From Macrostomum lignano (lineage: Eukaryota): a stretch of 64,000 nt of DNA. Position 1 is the stretch's first letter, and the number at the start of each line of letters is the position of its first letter. Shown here piece after piece: positions 46,339 to 60,999 of the stretch. A program made the position numbers and the translations under genes. The notes under the pieces were generated by a model. The model searched no databases. It was given only the letters and a program-made list of their open reading frames with translations, and was not told the origin of the DNA. The DNA lies in contig NIVC01001982.1 of the NCBI GenBank assembly GCA_002269645.1, forward strand, positions 62,001-126,000, written 5' to 3'.

Positions 46339-49300
46339 ATGGATGATGAGGACTTCGACTTAAGCCCGTTTGGACTGCATGAATTCGATTTCAAATCCAT
46401 CTGGAGCGACGCAGACAGCCAGTGCAGAGAGTGGCACAAGGAGTTGCGCCAAGCTTGCAAGAATGACGACATTGAAGAGCAGAACAGAATAGCAACGACA
46501 CTAAAAACGTGTATTGAGGATCAGAATGATATACAAGCGAAGGCACTGCTGTTTTTGGCAGCTGTCACGTCCGATATCCAGCTGTTAAAAGTCTTGACAG
46601 ACAGGCTTCCTGATCTGTGCCTCAGACTGAGAAGCGATAAATTCAACAACATTCTTCACTTTGCCTGTTGCTGCAAGCAGACAGATTCGGCAGTCCAGGC
46701 ACTGCAAACTATTTTGAACAAATGTGGACAACAGCTGGTCGAAAAGCTGAATGCTGATATGAAAACACCTGTGCACATTTCTGCTCATAACAGCAAAAAC
46801 CCAGATTTGCTTCGCTGGCTTGCTTCCAAAATAGAAGGCAAATGGCAGTTCTTCATTCAATACAATGATGGAAAGAGTGTCGTGCATGTTGCTTTCAAAT
46901 ATCAAGACTTGGAGACTCTTAAGAAATTAGCAATAAAGCTCATTTTGAACAGCTGCCTTTCCGTCAGATGCCGAGGTCGGCAGATTTTACACATTTCAGC
47001 GAAAAACAATAAAAATCCTTCAGTGCTCCTGTGGCTCGCTTCTGAAGTTAAAGACAAACAGCTATTCTTCGATCCAGACGAGGATGGAAAAAGTGCCGTG
47101 TATGTTGCTTTCAATTACCAAGAGTTGGACACTCTTCAGGCATTGACAACAGAGCTCGGTTTGCAAAGCTGCGTTTCCGCCAAAGGTCCCAGAAGTCGGA
47201 CAATTTTGCATGCGGCAGCTGAAAACAGTGAGAATCCGTCAGTGCTTTTGTGGCTCGTTTCCGAAGTGGAAGACAAGCAGCGATTCTTCAATCCAGACGA
47301 GGATGGAGAAACTGTCGTGTATGCTGCATTTGAAAATCAAGACTTGAAGACATTTCAGACATTAGCAAAGGAACTCGATTTGCAAAACTGCCTTTCCGCC
47401 AAAGGCTCGAGAAATCGAACGATTTTGCACTCCGCAGCTAAAAACAGCGAGAATCCGTCGGCATTTCTTTGGCTTGTTTGTGCACTTGAAGACAAGCAGC
47501 GATTTTTCGATCTGGACAATGATGGAGAGAGTGCGGTGTACGTTGCTTTCAAACATCATAAATTGGACACTCTTCAAACGTTGGTTTCAAACCTGGATTT
47601 TAAAAAATGCCTTAGCATTAAAGGCCCCAAAAACCGAACACTTTTGCATGAAGCAGCTCACAACATATACAATCCGTCAGTGCTTCTTTGGCTCGCTTCC
47701 GAAGTTAAAGACAAGCAGCGATTCTTCGATCCAGACGATGATGGAGAGAGTGCCGTGTATGTTGCTCTCAGAGACCAACACTTGGAGACCCTTCGGACAT
47801 TGGCAACAAAACTCGGTTTGCAGAAGTTTATTTCTGTTTCAGGCCCCAAAAAGAGAACAATGTTGCACTCTGCAGCTCAAGAACATGAGGATCCATCAGT
47901 GGTTAAAGATCCGCCGTGTGTGTTGCTTTCAATTGCCAAAAATTGGACACTCTTCAGAAATTGGCAGAGGAACTCGGTTTACAAAACTGCGTTGCTGTGA
48001 AAAGCCGTGGAAATCGCACAATTTTGCACGCCGCAGCTGAAAACAGTGAGGATCCGTCAGTGCTTCTCTGGCTTGTTTCCGAAGTTGGGGACAAGAAACG
48101 ATTCTTCGATCCAGATGACGATGGAGACAGTGCCGTGCACGTTGCTTTTAATTGCCAAAAGTTAGACACTCTTCAGGCAATGGCAACAGAACTCGATTTG
48201 CAAAAGTGCATTTTGGCCAAAGGCCCCAGAAACCGAACAATTTTGCATGTAGCAGCTGAAAACAGTTGGGATCCTTCACCGCTAACGTGGCTCGCTTCCG
48301 AAGTTAAAAATACGCAGCAGTTCCTTTCCAGAGATGATGATGGAAACACTCCCATTCATTACGCTTTTTGTTGCCAAAACGTGTCGACCATCTCTGATCT
48401 GATTCAGAAGCTTTCATGGAGAGACTGCTTGACAGTCGCCAATGATTTGCAGCAAACCCAGTTTTTCGTTTCCGTCTTTAACAGCACGTTTTCGGATGTT
48501 TTACGATGGCTGCTTGAGCAGCTCAAAAAGGTGGACAAAGAAGATCTGGTAGATATGCGTGAAACTGACTTAGATGGCAATACTATGCTGCATGCACTGT
48601 TCGGAAAACTGAATGAATTTCGGACATCAGATGAACTGGAAATGCTCACTGATCGCATCAAACTGCTTAAACATAAGGGTGTTGATCCTGCAGCCGAGAA
48701 CAAGAGGAATCACAACTGTCTGTTCTCTTCAGAAGCAAATGAAATTCACTTAAAAGAAGTTTTAAATGCTCTGAGGAGATCGTCGTCAATAGCTTTCAAA
48801 AGCCTTCAAAGAAACTCGGAGGGTCTGCACGTTGCTCACGTTTTTTGTTCAACATACGACCTTCAAATAATTGCATATGAATTAGGAAATCTCTGTGGTC
48901 TCAGTTCCAAAAAAATTTTAGCTGTTCGTGTCTCCGACGGTCCTCTTAAAGGAGCAACGTGTCTCCACTTTGCTTGCAAGTCTGGTCACAAAGAGAACAT
49001 CAAATACCTTCTTCAGAATGGTGCAAAACTGCAGGATGAGACGGCAGCTGGGCAGACATGCGTCGATTTCGCTTGCAACAAGGGGAAACTCGAAGTTCTC
49101 ATTGAGGTAGCAAATGATTACAATAAATTTCCGACAGAGAAGTCCTTCAGCCTCAGGGAACTGCTCACGTTAGTGGATGTAGCAAAGAAGGCACTGAAAC
49201 TTCCTGACAAGCAGAGCGCACGGAATCACCTGAATAAATTTACTGACTCCTCGCTTAAGGCCAGCATTCAGATTGATAGAACTTCTGCACCAAGAAACTC

Positions 49301-51670
49301 TCAAGAAGGCAGAAAGAAAAATGATAAAAAGACTGAGCACGATGTTGACAGCATGTCGAAGACAGAAGAGTCTCCTGAAGTACAGATGCTGTTCAAGGCC
49401 TTCGAGCTTGACTCAACTGAAATGCTGCGCAGCTTGATCAGTTTGGGCCTTGTCAATGATGAGATTGATGACCAGTTTTCTAAGCATATTTTGGCACAGA
49501 TCAGCAAAAAGCAGACGAATGCTAAGTCTCCGATTATGACTACTCTGGAGCAATATTTTTCAGTACAAGACGGAAATTCGAAAGCTCTCGTGCTGATGGA
49601 ATACGCTGTGCTGCTCGAGAAGCCAAAGCTTCTTACTGACCTCATGTTGTTGCCTCAATTCGACATCATTCCTCAGACCCTGAGACTGCTCACTTACCTA
49701 AAGACGAAAGTCGATAAGAGTGAGATTCTTCAGAGAGTGCAACTTCAAGCTTATAACACCATTATCAACATTCTGGACCACCTTTACGTAAATGCTGATA
49801 AAGACACGCGAGAACTTCTGTTCACCTACCTGACTGGTTCGTTTCGTGTTTCGGAAGACCAGCGCAATGCTGGGCCGAGGTTTTTGGCACCTCATTCATC
49901 ACTCCTGCGACGGGAAAGCTCCCATGCGGACAATGACAAGCCCCAACAGAAAAGGAGCTACGAAGCACAGAAACTTTCTCCCGAAAATGATACAGCGTCT
50001 CAAAAGTTCAAATCAGTCATGGACCTTGTAGAGACTCTGGACTGCGACGACTTGTTCGCAACTGAGTGCATAAGCAATTTGGTGGAGCAGCATTGGAAGA
50101 GGCATCCACCGTTGTCGTGGAGCAGACCTCAACGCTATTGCACCTGCAACATTGCAGCAAAAGTCACAATTCAACAGCGATTCATCATCTATTCCATCTT
50201 CTTCCTGGTCTTCCTGCTCTACTTTGCCTGGTACGTGACGGACTTCAGTCGGACTCAACAATCTCCAGTGCCAGACATCATCCTGCTGTTGTACGCACTG
50301 TAGTTCACGCTGCAGGAAGTCAATCAACTTATTAACAGTATTTCTCTGAAGGACTTGACAATACTCGGGCTTGACATAAGAATTCCACGCTACTTCATTG
50401 ACCTGTTCAACTACTTTGACATGGCTGGGCTGCTGCTGATGTGGGCAGGTCTGGTCCTGAAGCTGCTCGGCCACCTGAGCGACCCCAGCCTCCTGCGCAG
50501 CTGCCAGGTTGTGCTCAGCGTCTCGTTCCTGTTTCTGGGCTTCCGCTCCGTGGCCCTGCTCAGCTACTTCAAGGTCACCGGGCCGAAAATCAATATGCTA
50601 AAGAGCTTGCTGTTCAGCGACCTGGTGCCATTCATGCTGGTCTTGCTGGTGCTGGTGTACTCATTCGGCATCTTCTTCTTCAACCTGCTGTTTCCGGCCT
50701 TCTCAGACTCAAGAGATGCTCAGGCTCTGACAAAGATTTTCACGGTGCCCGTGTCGCTGGCCTTCGGAATGGTGGAGAGCGCGCAGTTCGAGTCGTGCAG
50801 CTCCAGCAGCCTCGCGACTGGAGAGTCCTGTGCGGATGAAGCTGGAAATAAGGCTTACAACGGAATTCTGGTTTTCGTGTACCTCCTTCTGGTCACCATA
50901 GTGATGTGGAATCTGCTGATCGCGCTGTTCAGCCGCACCGTGACGGAGTTGGCGAGCAGGGCGGAGGCTCTCTGGCGCAAGAATCTGTTCAATCTGCTGC
51001 GGGAGTTCGCGGAGGTCAGTCCAGTTCCGCCACCGCTGTCGTTCCCACACTACGCCTGGAAACTTCTGCAAAGGTGCCACGCTTGTCGGTGCCAGCCTTG
51101 CTCCGCTGAATATTTCCCAGTTGCTGGTGATGAAGATTCTGAGGTAAGCAGCTTTTACCGAGCAGCGTTCTAATTTTATGTCATATTATGCTTTAGGCCG
51201 ACAAATTTTTCATGCTTAACTGATCAGGACGGAGTGCTTCGTTACTTTCAATTCCAAAATCATTTTTCAGACACTTTTTGTTCGTTTTTTCAATATACAG
51301 TGACATCAAATAAGACACTTTTCCGTTCCAGCCGTGGTGGCAGCACAAAGAGGACTTCAGCGGCTACCCCAAGGACTTCAAGCGCTTCCTCATCTACCAG
51401 GCTGAGCAGCTGCGAGACCACCGGCGCCGGCTGCAGTGGCCTGTGGAGCGGAACAAAGGAGACATCGATGTGCTCAAGGCGCACGTGGAGAACCAGGTCA
51501 AGGACTTGCGGCAGGATGTGCTCGTTGCTCAGAGAGAGGACAACGAGAAAATTGATAGACTGGAAGATCGGGTAAAAGGAATCGCCGAGAAACACGAGGA
51601 AATGGACGGAAAGTTGAAGAAAGTGATTAGCATTTTACAACAGATGCAGCAGGAAAAGCAATTCTCGTAA
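46339..51670 (+). pseudogene. Ankyrin-repeat TRP channel, paralog 2, disrupted
   Basis: Same architecture as paralog 1 with about 8 units. Net 58-nt deletion and frameshift at about 47890-47920. TCC>TAG at 50301-50303. Intron 51144-51331. Confidence 0.88.
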
Positions 51671-52666
51671 GCGTAAGTCGGCCGTATATCTCCAGTAATT
51701 AAATACCCAGTATTTATCTTGAACTTGACATACGGGCTCATTAGCTAATTAGACTTAATTCTAGATTTCCCAATTGCAACTTCGACTGAAAAATTTCAGA
51801 GTTTCGATTAAGACAGCAGGATGAGCTGAGCGGATCGAGCCTGACGCGAGCTCCTGCTCAGAGTTTTATTTGGTTGTTTTGATGACACTGAAGACACCGA
51901 CATCTCACAGGATTGTCTAAATTCGGTTACTGATTCATCTTTAACTTGAATTTAAACGCTATTTAAATAAAAACATTCGTGGTTCCGCGAGACTCAATGC
52001 ATAGAATTGGAATCCGATTCTTTGGGTATTGAAAATGATTAAAATGCAAGCAACTTCCTAATTAATCCCATTGACTGGACTAGCTTCATTTTTCGTAGAG
52101 GGTTAATGGAGTCAGGATTACAACTAAGGGGTCGTGGACTTAAATGGACTTAACAGGAGTGACTAATAACAAAGACCTCTGTTAACTCTTGGCACACCAC
52201 CTCCTGCACCTGCCTCTAAAATAATTATTTATGATATTTTATTTCTTCACGCGTCACTTTCGCTTTTCTCTAAACTTTTTTTGTTTTAATTTCTGGAAAA
52301 TATTAAAAATTTGACAGCTTGAGCAGAAGTACTCATTGGGCTTTGATGGGTATTGATTGGACGGAACCCACAACTATATTCCATAAAAAGATTTTCCTAC
52401 TTTTAACCCAACTCCACGCTACCATGGTTTTCGCATACAGAATATCTGTATGTAAATTTCCCTATCTATCTGCGTCTGTCCTGTCGCAGCCTCATTTTAT
52501 TCAGGCTTGTTCAGAGCGCCATCAAATCAGCCATCAAATTGCATTATTGGGGTACATAGTGCTACGAAAAAATTACAAGCAGTGTGATTTCGCAAAAATT
52601 GGTCTCGTTTGATGGCGTAGTAAACCGGGCTTTGGCTGTCGTGTTTTTCCGACAATTTCCTTGTTT

Positions 52667-52821
52667 GCTGTGTACTTTCCTACAATGTCCCTTAACTGCT
52701 GTGTACTTTCCTACAATGTCCCTTAACTGCTGTGTACTTTCCTACAATGTCCCTTAACTGATGTGTACTTTCTTACAATGTCCCTCAACTGCACTGTTTT
52801 TTCAACAATGTCCCTTAACTT
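52667..52821. repeat. 31-bp minisatellite, about 5 copies
   Basis: GCTGTGTACTTTCCTACAATGTCCCTTAACT x3 perfect, then degenerate. Only a decayed equivalent exists at about 37160-37270. Confidence 0.9.
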
Positions 52822-53509
52822 CTGTTTTTTTCTACAATTTACGTTAGCTTCTGTGTTTTTCTTCATCGTATAATTTTACTTTGTTATAGTTTGTACTGAA
52901 GGCTTGACGGTCTGTTTTCAGTTTGCGCACAAGGACCACTAGAAGTCGCCGCTGTGTATATAATGTTTAATACATAGATTAGTCAGGTTAAAGCCTTAGG
53001 CAATCATAAATACACCACCTGTCTTGGAGTTTCTGTGGCACAAGCTAGCGTAGGTTTCCCTAAAGCAGTCAAATAGAAGGCAAGCATCACTAAAAATACG
53101 CGTACGTAAACAAGCGTGCCTTCAAATATTTCTGCACTATTTACGAGTTTTACGTCCTGATACAATGGTAACTTATTGGTAGTCCTTGTGAGCGTAACGC
53201 CTCCACTTACCTGTTTACCCGTCTATTGTCCAATATTATATTGTTTTTTTCTGTCACGCCAAAATTGATTAATTTACAATTTGAGACTTGACCGGGTCAT
53301 GGAGTGCTTAGCCAATACTTTATTCATTGTCTGCTGTGTTCTAATATTTATTCTTCTATTTATTCAGCCAAAATACATCGGGATTAGGTGTCACAATTCG
53401 TTAAGTTGAATTTGTTGCCAATGTTTTTGTTCAAAGAGAAAGCCGAAAATCAACATGTCAGGTTGTTACTGTACGACGCGTTTCCCACACCAAGGCGCAT
53501 CGTCAGGTA

Positions 53510-54125
53510 CACTCAGCAACAGTCAAAACCGCCACCCTACCGAGAGAGGCGACTTCTCTCTCACCTCAACGGCAAGTGACGTAACTTGCGCCACGGCGTG
53601 GCTAAAGCTGGGTGAGGACGTAACTTGCGCCACGGCGTGGCTAAAGCTGGGTGAGAGTGAATGCAGGAGAGGGCAATCTGCTTCTTTCACCCCACATTAG
53701 ACGGAGCAGGGTGGCTGGCGCGGTCGAAGTTCGTCTGAAAATCCGCAGCAGACGTCGATCTGCCCTGGCTGTTGAGCCGCGGAGATCATGGCTGCGTGCT
53801 GAACACTACCAGTATCTTGACACTTCGTTAACAGCGCTCGAATTGTTGAACGTGATCGGCCAAATTGGCGCAACTGCGCTGATGGATGCACCAGCTTCTA
53901 GCATGCCAACAGCGCGCCATCGTTCAGCGTCTGTCATATGCCTGACCATTGTCACGTGTACTGTTGCACCCCCAACTCCAACCCCAGTCCCTTTTGTACT
54001 CTCACCCTGGAATTCACTAACACCCAGATTTAGCCACGCCGTGGCGCAAGTTACGTCACTTGCAGTTGAGGTGAGAGAGAAGTCGCCTCTCTCGGTAGGG
54101 TGGCGGTTTTGACTGTTGCTGAGTG
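53510..54125 (-). mobile_element. Internally deleted Tc1/mariner element
   Basis: TA|CACTCAGC...GCTGAGTG|TA with inverted arms of about 100 bp. Minus-strand HTH remnant MTDAERWRAVGMLEAGAS..RQFGRSRSTIRALL. Confidence 0.9.
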
Positions 54126-54299
54126 TATATTGTTTGAAACGAAAGGCGTGAGTAAGCTAATTTATAAATTATTTGTCAATGAAACATATGTAGCTGGTGA
54201 GTAAGTATTTTGTGTGTACAAAGTAGTTGGAGGTTGATAGTCTGTAGGGCGGGGCGAAGACCAATGAGCAGAAAACAAAATATAATTGAATGAGCACTG

Positions 54300-54920
54300 G
54301 TTACAACATGGTCAATGCTCTCTCACTCAAATACACGGAGCACATGGCCTGCACCACTATGTTGGAGTTGCGTATTAAGGGTGGGCGACTGGTTATTCAT
54401 GTACAAGGCTTCTGAAGATCTTGAGCTTGTGATCAGATGGGCATTGATCGATGATTTTAAAGCGTTCTTCAGGTGTACAATTGGAGCAGCTATTACATTC
54501 CAAAAGGTGGGTTTGGATGGCCGACGGTTTGAGCCAGTGCTCCATGGTTCTAGTGTGCAGGTGTCTTTTGGTCTTCCCCACGTACGTAGGAGACGCTCTT
54601 GTCAACAGAGCAGTTGAAACAATAGACAACACCTACACGCAGAGCACGGGGTACACGTGAATTTAACCGACCGACAAAACTGCCAACTTTGGAAGAGCGG
54701 AAAATAATGCGAATTTGGCTGTTGAAAGAGTTGTGGAATAATTTGTAAATCCTGTTTTTGAAGGATGGCCAAACAAAGGGAGAATAAGGGTTGGTTCACT
54801 CAGGTCAATTTGATCAGGTTTGGAAACTTATTGGTGATTCACTCTTTTAAAAATGAATTTGTGGATATTGTGGTGGGGATGTAGGCTGAAGAGTAACCGT
54901 TTCGTTGGAGCATTATAGTC
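54300..54920 (-). mobile_element. Penelope-like element remnant (RT C-terminus and GIY-YIG)
   Basis: NGY..., VVYCFNC, YVGKTKRHLHTRTMEH...SAIQTHL...FKII, with frameshifts. Confidence 0.8.
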
Positions 54921-54950
54921 TGGAACCTAAACTTGGAGGCGTAACATCCG

Positions 54951-57900
54951 CAACACTGATTGGGCGGCCTATAAGGCTACCCTTGATCTGCACCTGCAGG
55001 AACTCACGGACTTACGTCCGATAGAGACCTGCGAGGATGTGGACCATGCGGCTGAGACGCTGACAGGTTGCATTATTGCAGCCTATGAGGCGGCCTGCCC
55101 TGTCCGTGCCTACAAAGGCAAGACCTCGGCGCCGTGATGGAACCCGGAGCTGGGGAAACTCAGGCGGAAGGCCAAAAGCCTTCACCGCCGTGCCATGAAG
55201 ACCGGAAACCCGGAGGACATGGAGCTTTTCCGGCAAGCCTCCCGCAACTTCAAATCTGAAGTGCGCAAGGCCAAGGAATGTAAATGGCGCCAATTCTGCA
55301 ATGACTTGGATCAAGACAGACCTACTTCTACATCTGATATTCCTGCCAAGGCCCTTACAATGGACAAAATGTCCAAATTAGCCATGATCAGAAAAGATGA
55401 TGGCTCTCTTACTAAAGACCCTGAAGAAGTGCTTCAGCATATGCTCAGCACATTCTTCCCGAGGGTACCCACCGCTAGATCGGAACCCAACCACTCAATG
55501 GATGGAGCCACCCTAGCGGCGGGCATAATCACTGAAGACTTAATCGCTCGTGTGGTCAGAACCTTCAAGCCCTTCAAATCTCCTGGACTTGATGGTATCT
55601 ACCCTGTTCTTCTTCGTGAAGCAGCCCAGATACCCTCGTTCTTGAGACTTACCCGCAATCTCATGCGGGCTTCTATCCAGCTGGGATACGTTCCCAAGTG
55701 CTGGACCGAAGCTCGAGTAGTCTTCATTCCCAAACCTGGGAAGGGTGACTACCAGAGCGTCAAGGCCTTTAGGCCAATTAGCTTAACGTCAGCAATGCTT
55801 AAGCTCACTGAGAGGCTTATTCTCTGGCGGCTGCTGTCCTGCGAGCTGACAGCAATGCCTCTCAGCAATCATCAGCACGCCTTCCGTACCGGGAGGTCGA
55901 CTGACAGCGCCCTGCATGCGATTGTCGAGAAGATTGAACGGGCGGTACTGGGTGACGGTTACGCCCTGGCTCTTTTTCTTGACATTGTTGGCTCCTTCGA
56001 CAACGTCATCTTTTAAGCGTTTCAGAGGGCCCTTCAAAATCGCAAAGCTCATGCTACCCTCATACGGTGGATCATGTACATGATCTCCAACCGTACGGTC
56101 ACTGCCCAACTTCTTGGGCAAACTGCCTCCACCAGAGTCTGTAAGGGTGGACCCGAAGGCGGAGTCCTCACCCCGACGCTCTGGAACCTGGTCATCGACG
56201 CTCTTCTGGGTGACTCCCGACCCGACCCCGTCTTCAAAGTCGGGTATGCTGACGACGTCACTGCCATTGTGGTTGGGCCGTCCCCCAGCACGCTCAGGGA
56301 TCTGATGCAGAGCTCTATCCGCAAAACAGAATTCTGGGCCAATGACAATTGTTTGGAACTCTCTGAGCCCAAAACTGTTGCTATTATATTCACCAGCAGA
56401 ATACGCTGGAACATACGACCTCTGCAGCTATACGGCAGAGATATTGCCTTCGCGCACCAGACCAGATGTCTCGGGGTCATACTTGACCACCGGCTCAACT
56501 GGTCCTTCCACGTGAAAGCAAAAGCCAAGCGTGCCTCAGCCATCCTGGCCCAGCTCCGACGAGCACTTGGCACTTCTTGGGGTCTTTCCCCAAAGCGGCT
56601 TTGGTGGATCTACACTTCCGTAGTTAGACCTGCCATTACGTACGCCTCTGTTGTCTGGGTTAGCGCTACCCAGGTCAAAAGCCATGCAGATTTGCTCAAC
56701 ACGATCCAGGGCAGAGCGTGTAGGCTTATCTGCAACGCCACCAGGTCCACGCCCTTTGCCGGCATGGGGGCCTTCCTTAATCTACCGCCTCTCGACCTCT
56801 TCGTCAGGGGTGAGGCGGCTAGAACGACGCGGCGTTTACTTGATGCCGGTGTCGAATTCATTTACATGAGGGCACCTGCTAAGCGGAACCTCGTCCCGCA
56901 TAGCGACCTGTGCCTCAACATTCTCAACGAGTGTCAGGCCAATCGAGTCTTCACCGATGGCATTGCCTCAACGCTCAACCTGAGACAACGCTACTCCGTA
57001 GCTATCGACTCGCGCGATACCATCAATGACCACTGGAACCCTGGTGGGCTTCACTGCTACACCGACGGTTCTAAGCAGTCAGCCAACACCGGTTTTGGTG
57101 TTGGAATCTTCCTGAACGGGAGGGTTATCGCAACTCACGCTCAGTACACTGGGGTCAACTCCAGTGTCTTCCAAAATGAAGTTCTCGCCATCAGCTCCTG
57201 CATCGCGGAGCTCCTCGCCACTGGCGTTACCGGTAAGAACATCATTTTCCATTCGGACAGCCAAGCTGCCTTGCACGCCATCAGTGGCTGCAGCACCAAT
57301 TCTGCTACAGTCCTCGACTGTATCAAACTCCTCAACATGTTGAGCTCCACCAAAAAAATCACCCTCAAGTGGGTTCCGGGGCATGTGGGGATCCGAGGAA
57401 ATGAGTTGGCTGACGCCCTTGCAAAAGTTGGTGCCTCCGGCTCCTCTCTCGGTCCCGAACCCCTTGTCCCGATTCCTGGCTGTGTCATCGACTCGCGCAT
57501 CAAAGCGTGGATCACGACCCAGCACCGCTCGACTTGGGCGAACTGCAACACCTGCAGGCAATCCAGAGGCGCTGTCCCTTAGCCCTCTCACCAGCTCCGG
57601 AAGCTCCTCTTGCGCCTCTCGCGCAGAGACATCCGGGCTGCCACCATGACCCTCTCAGGTCACGGCTGCTTCTCTAGGCACCAGTACCTGCAGGGCAACG
57701 CCACCAATGCCATCTGCAGTTTCTGTAACTCAGGTGACGAAACCGCTGAGCATTTTGTCAGCATTTGTCCCGCCTTTACGCGAGCCAGACTCACTTACCT
57801 CGGGCCACACACATCTATCACTGAAGCGTACAAACCCGAAAACTTTAATCAGCTCATGCGCTACCTCCGGGCCACCCGCAGGGCTGAACTCTCCTTTCCA

Positions 57901-58065
57901 GAGAGCACCATAGCTGCTGGCGACACTGGGGGACCTCCCTGGGCGGCGCCAACCCTTCGTCCATAGCGACGCGTTGGCCGTTCAGGGATTAGCGGAATGG
58001 GCATTCGCGCCTTCCCGCTGTGTCCCCTCCGGGACAGCCCTGCAGCTAAGTCAAGTAAGTAAAGT
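54951..58065 (+). mobile_element. 5'-truncated non-LTR retrotransposon with RT, RNase H and C-terminal CCHC finger (Loa/R1/I-group-like)
   Basis: KSPGLDGI, FRPISL, YADD, YTDGSK, WVPGHVGIRGNELAD, CSFC..ETAEHFVSIC, and a (TAAG)-like tail. Three in-frame stops (about 55136, 56014, 57580) with no frameshift. Confidence 0.95.
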
Positions 58066-59977
58066 CAGGACCCTAATTTCTTGGTCAAAGTTGATCGTTT
58101 AAATTGTTTTAAAACCCTCTTTAAATACATGGTCGCGTTACGATGGTTGAAAAAATCTGATGAGTCGTCTTGAAGTGAAATACCTGGAAAAATTACTTTG
58201 CTAACAAAATACAGTTCCTCAATTCAGGTATGCAGTACTATTCAGGGAGAAAAAAACAGCTGTTCCCGCCGGGTCAGCTTCAAAATGCTTCAAAAAAGAT
58301 TACGAGCTAGTTGGCCTTGGAACACAGCGAAGCACCGCCACACATTTTCTTTTGTGTAGCCAATGTTGAAAGCATGGTTGGAATTAGTTTCCTGGAACAT
58401 GGGATCCTTGGACCGAAGTCTAATCAAGAGGTCAAACTCAGATCTTGAAGTTCTACAAGTTAGCAAAAATATAGACAGTAGTGGAGCCCGCACAGAGCTG
58501 CATGGGCATAGGCAGCCAGCAATCGCCCAGACTAAATCATCTCGAGACTATAGTCGGGGACACAGTTTATAGTGAGGTTGGCATTACCGCTAAAATGAAG
58601 AATAGCAAAATGATGGGAAACTGTCAACATGGACGAATAGCAAATGTTGTGTGTGACAAAGGGGCCCTTTAAAAAGGGCCGTTTTACTAATTTACAAGTT
58701 TTAATAAAGCGAGCAGTTTTCTTACTACTCTAGTATAATTAAACGTCTATACAAACAAATATTCTTTGTGTAACGAAACTTATCGATCATAAGGTAATTT
58801 GTGTTGTGATCCAATTATAAAAAAATAAGCGCGCGGTCGTTGTGTTGATTGATCCTGATTCTTAATTGCTCAATTACGAGGGGTGTCCGGAAAGTAGTGT
58901 TACTTTTACTTGTTGCGGACGTTTGGTAAGCTGCATTGACATAAATTTGGTGTCGTTTGAAAGCGGCAAGTCTATTCTTTATAATGACTTCAACCGCGAT
59001 TGATCTGGATTTGTATTTTAAGAGATATGCGCACTTGAATAGAGGGAGATCGGTCATAGACTTACAGAACCTAGACACAAGCCTTCTGTACAGACGATAC
59101 AGTTTCATGTCCTCAGTGAGCCGTCAGGGAACCCAACGGGCACTCAGCTTGGCCTGAATAATCTTCTGCAGACACTTGTAAACTGTAAACTTCAAGCAAT
59201 CATCGTCTATCGGCTATTTCGCGGATGCTTTGATGGCTGTCTTCATCAATCAAGTCGAAAATGGATCCGAGACGAGGCCGCCACTGACATGGATCTCAGA
59301 GCGTCCTGACCTTCAGTCAGTTCAGTTCCAGTTCATGTCAGCTCTTCCACCCCTGAAGTCGTTCACCCACTGTTCACTGTCATCGTGCTAACGGAATGGT
59401 CGCCTTGCGCAGTTCAGAGTTGCTTGTGAATGTCAGCTGCTTTGCATCCGGAGCTCTAAAGTGTAAAGATGGCATGTCGCTACCGTCTTTGAATGCACGT
59501 CCATTTGACAATTGGTGGATCAAACTTGAGCAACAGTGAAAAATTTTGACACAACTGGTGCAGCCGTATTCTTTTGAGAAAACTCTTCACTGTGCCATAT
59601 TTGACCACAAAACAACTACATGCATGCAAAAATATCGATTCGTCATTGAGCAGAATGCTAATTTTAGCAGGTACGCTCGTATTTAAGCTTCTTTAAACCA
59701 CTTTAAAGCTCACTTTCAGGTAGGTTATTGACATAGATTTTGTTTTGCGGGATTTAATCGATCACTTTCCCGGACATATTGCAAGGATTATTGTGTGTGA
59801 AGCGTGACCTCTCGATAATCATACATTGTATGTATCTAAATAAGCGAGCTTCTCTCTTCTCTTCTTCGTGACTCGGGAAATTTCTTAATGAAATTTTTTC
59901 TATGGTAAGAATGTAGCGGCTTCGCCCCCACACCCCCAGCAGGGGCTTCGCCCCCACACCCCCAGCCCCAACTTCAA

Positions 59978-60530
59978 CCATAGACATACAAGTATGGCTC
60001 CAGGATTTATCTGAATACAGCCCGCAAAATTAAAGTAGTTTAAATAAGATATTCTATGGGTTTTTAGGTCGGTATTTCACTTAAATTCCTCGAGCCACCG
60101 ACCTTAAAGCCATAGAATATCTTATACGTATTTCTATACCATATTCTGCAGATTCAGACAGTGGTGAATGCGAAGTTTTTTGTCTATGGCCACAAAATGT
60201 GCTGTTGCTCAGAGAAGGAAAAGAATGAAAGAGTTTCTTTACATATACATGCAGAGAAAAAGGTTTTGTTCAGTTTTGAAAAAAAATCAACTGCGATGGC
60301 TGGTGATAGATTCGTGAATCTGACTGAAGACGAACTAGAAGGACTAATCGTAGGCACGGTTCCACCAAATACATTGAAAAAATGTACTTGGATGTTTACA
60401 ACGTTTAAAGAATGGCACGAAGCAAAGAAAACGGCCTGGTGCACTGGAGGTGGATCCTAGCTAATGGTTTTGAAGGAGATCAGCAAACTGTCGGAGAGTG
60501 ATCTAACAACAACAACAACAAAGTACACTG
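59978..60530 (+). mobile_element. Crypton family 3: terminal structures and truncated recombinase N-terminus
   Basis: CCATAGAC at 59978; 16-bp-arm hairpin at 60044-60125. MAGDRFVNLTEDELEGL..VPPNTLKKCTWMFTTFKEW from about 60296. Confidence 0.7.
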
Positions 60531-60999
60531 GATAGTCTATAGTGTCACAGGGCGCGTCTCAAGGCCAGAGTGCGAACATAGGCCGCTCCGCCGGCAGAGT
60601 CCGGGGCGCCGGCGTCAGCCAGCAGGCAGTCGACGAAACGCCGAGTGCGCGCCTGTCCTCGCCGGTAGGGTGCCTACAGCGTGAGGAGGAGGAGGAGATC
60701 TAAATTACCTCCTTTAAAGTTTCATTCTGGAGGTGCGTACAAAGCGCAATGAAAGCTACTTTGCTAGCACTCTGAATTCTCTCTCTCTCTATGTAGCCAA
60801 GTGAGCAGTTAGAAGCAGCGTTTTAATATTCTCTTTGGGCGAGTGAAATAAACCGTTTATTTGCACCGATGCAAATAAATGAAGTTTACACTGAGACCAT
60901 AGACGTTCGCCCGGGGCAAGTGGGGGATACATGACCGATCTCTCTCTACTCAAGTGCACATATCTCGTAAAATACACATTCAAATCAATCGCGGTTGAG

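Noticed and set aside
54951-58065. In-frame TAA/TAG/TGA in the LINE (and TAG in TRP paralog 2) as stop-codon reassignment or readthrough
   Set aside because: All three stop types are involved and other genes in the window end on TAA, TGA and TAG normally; simple nonsense mutations suffice.
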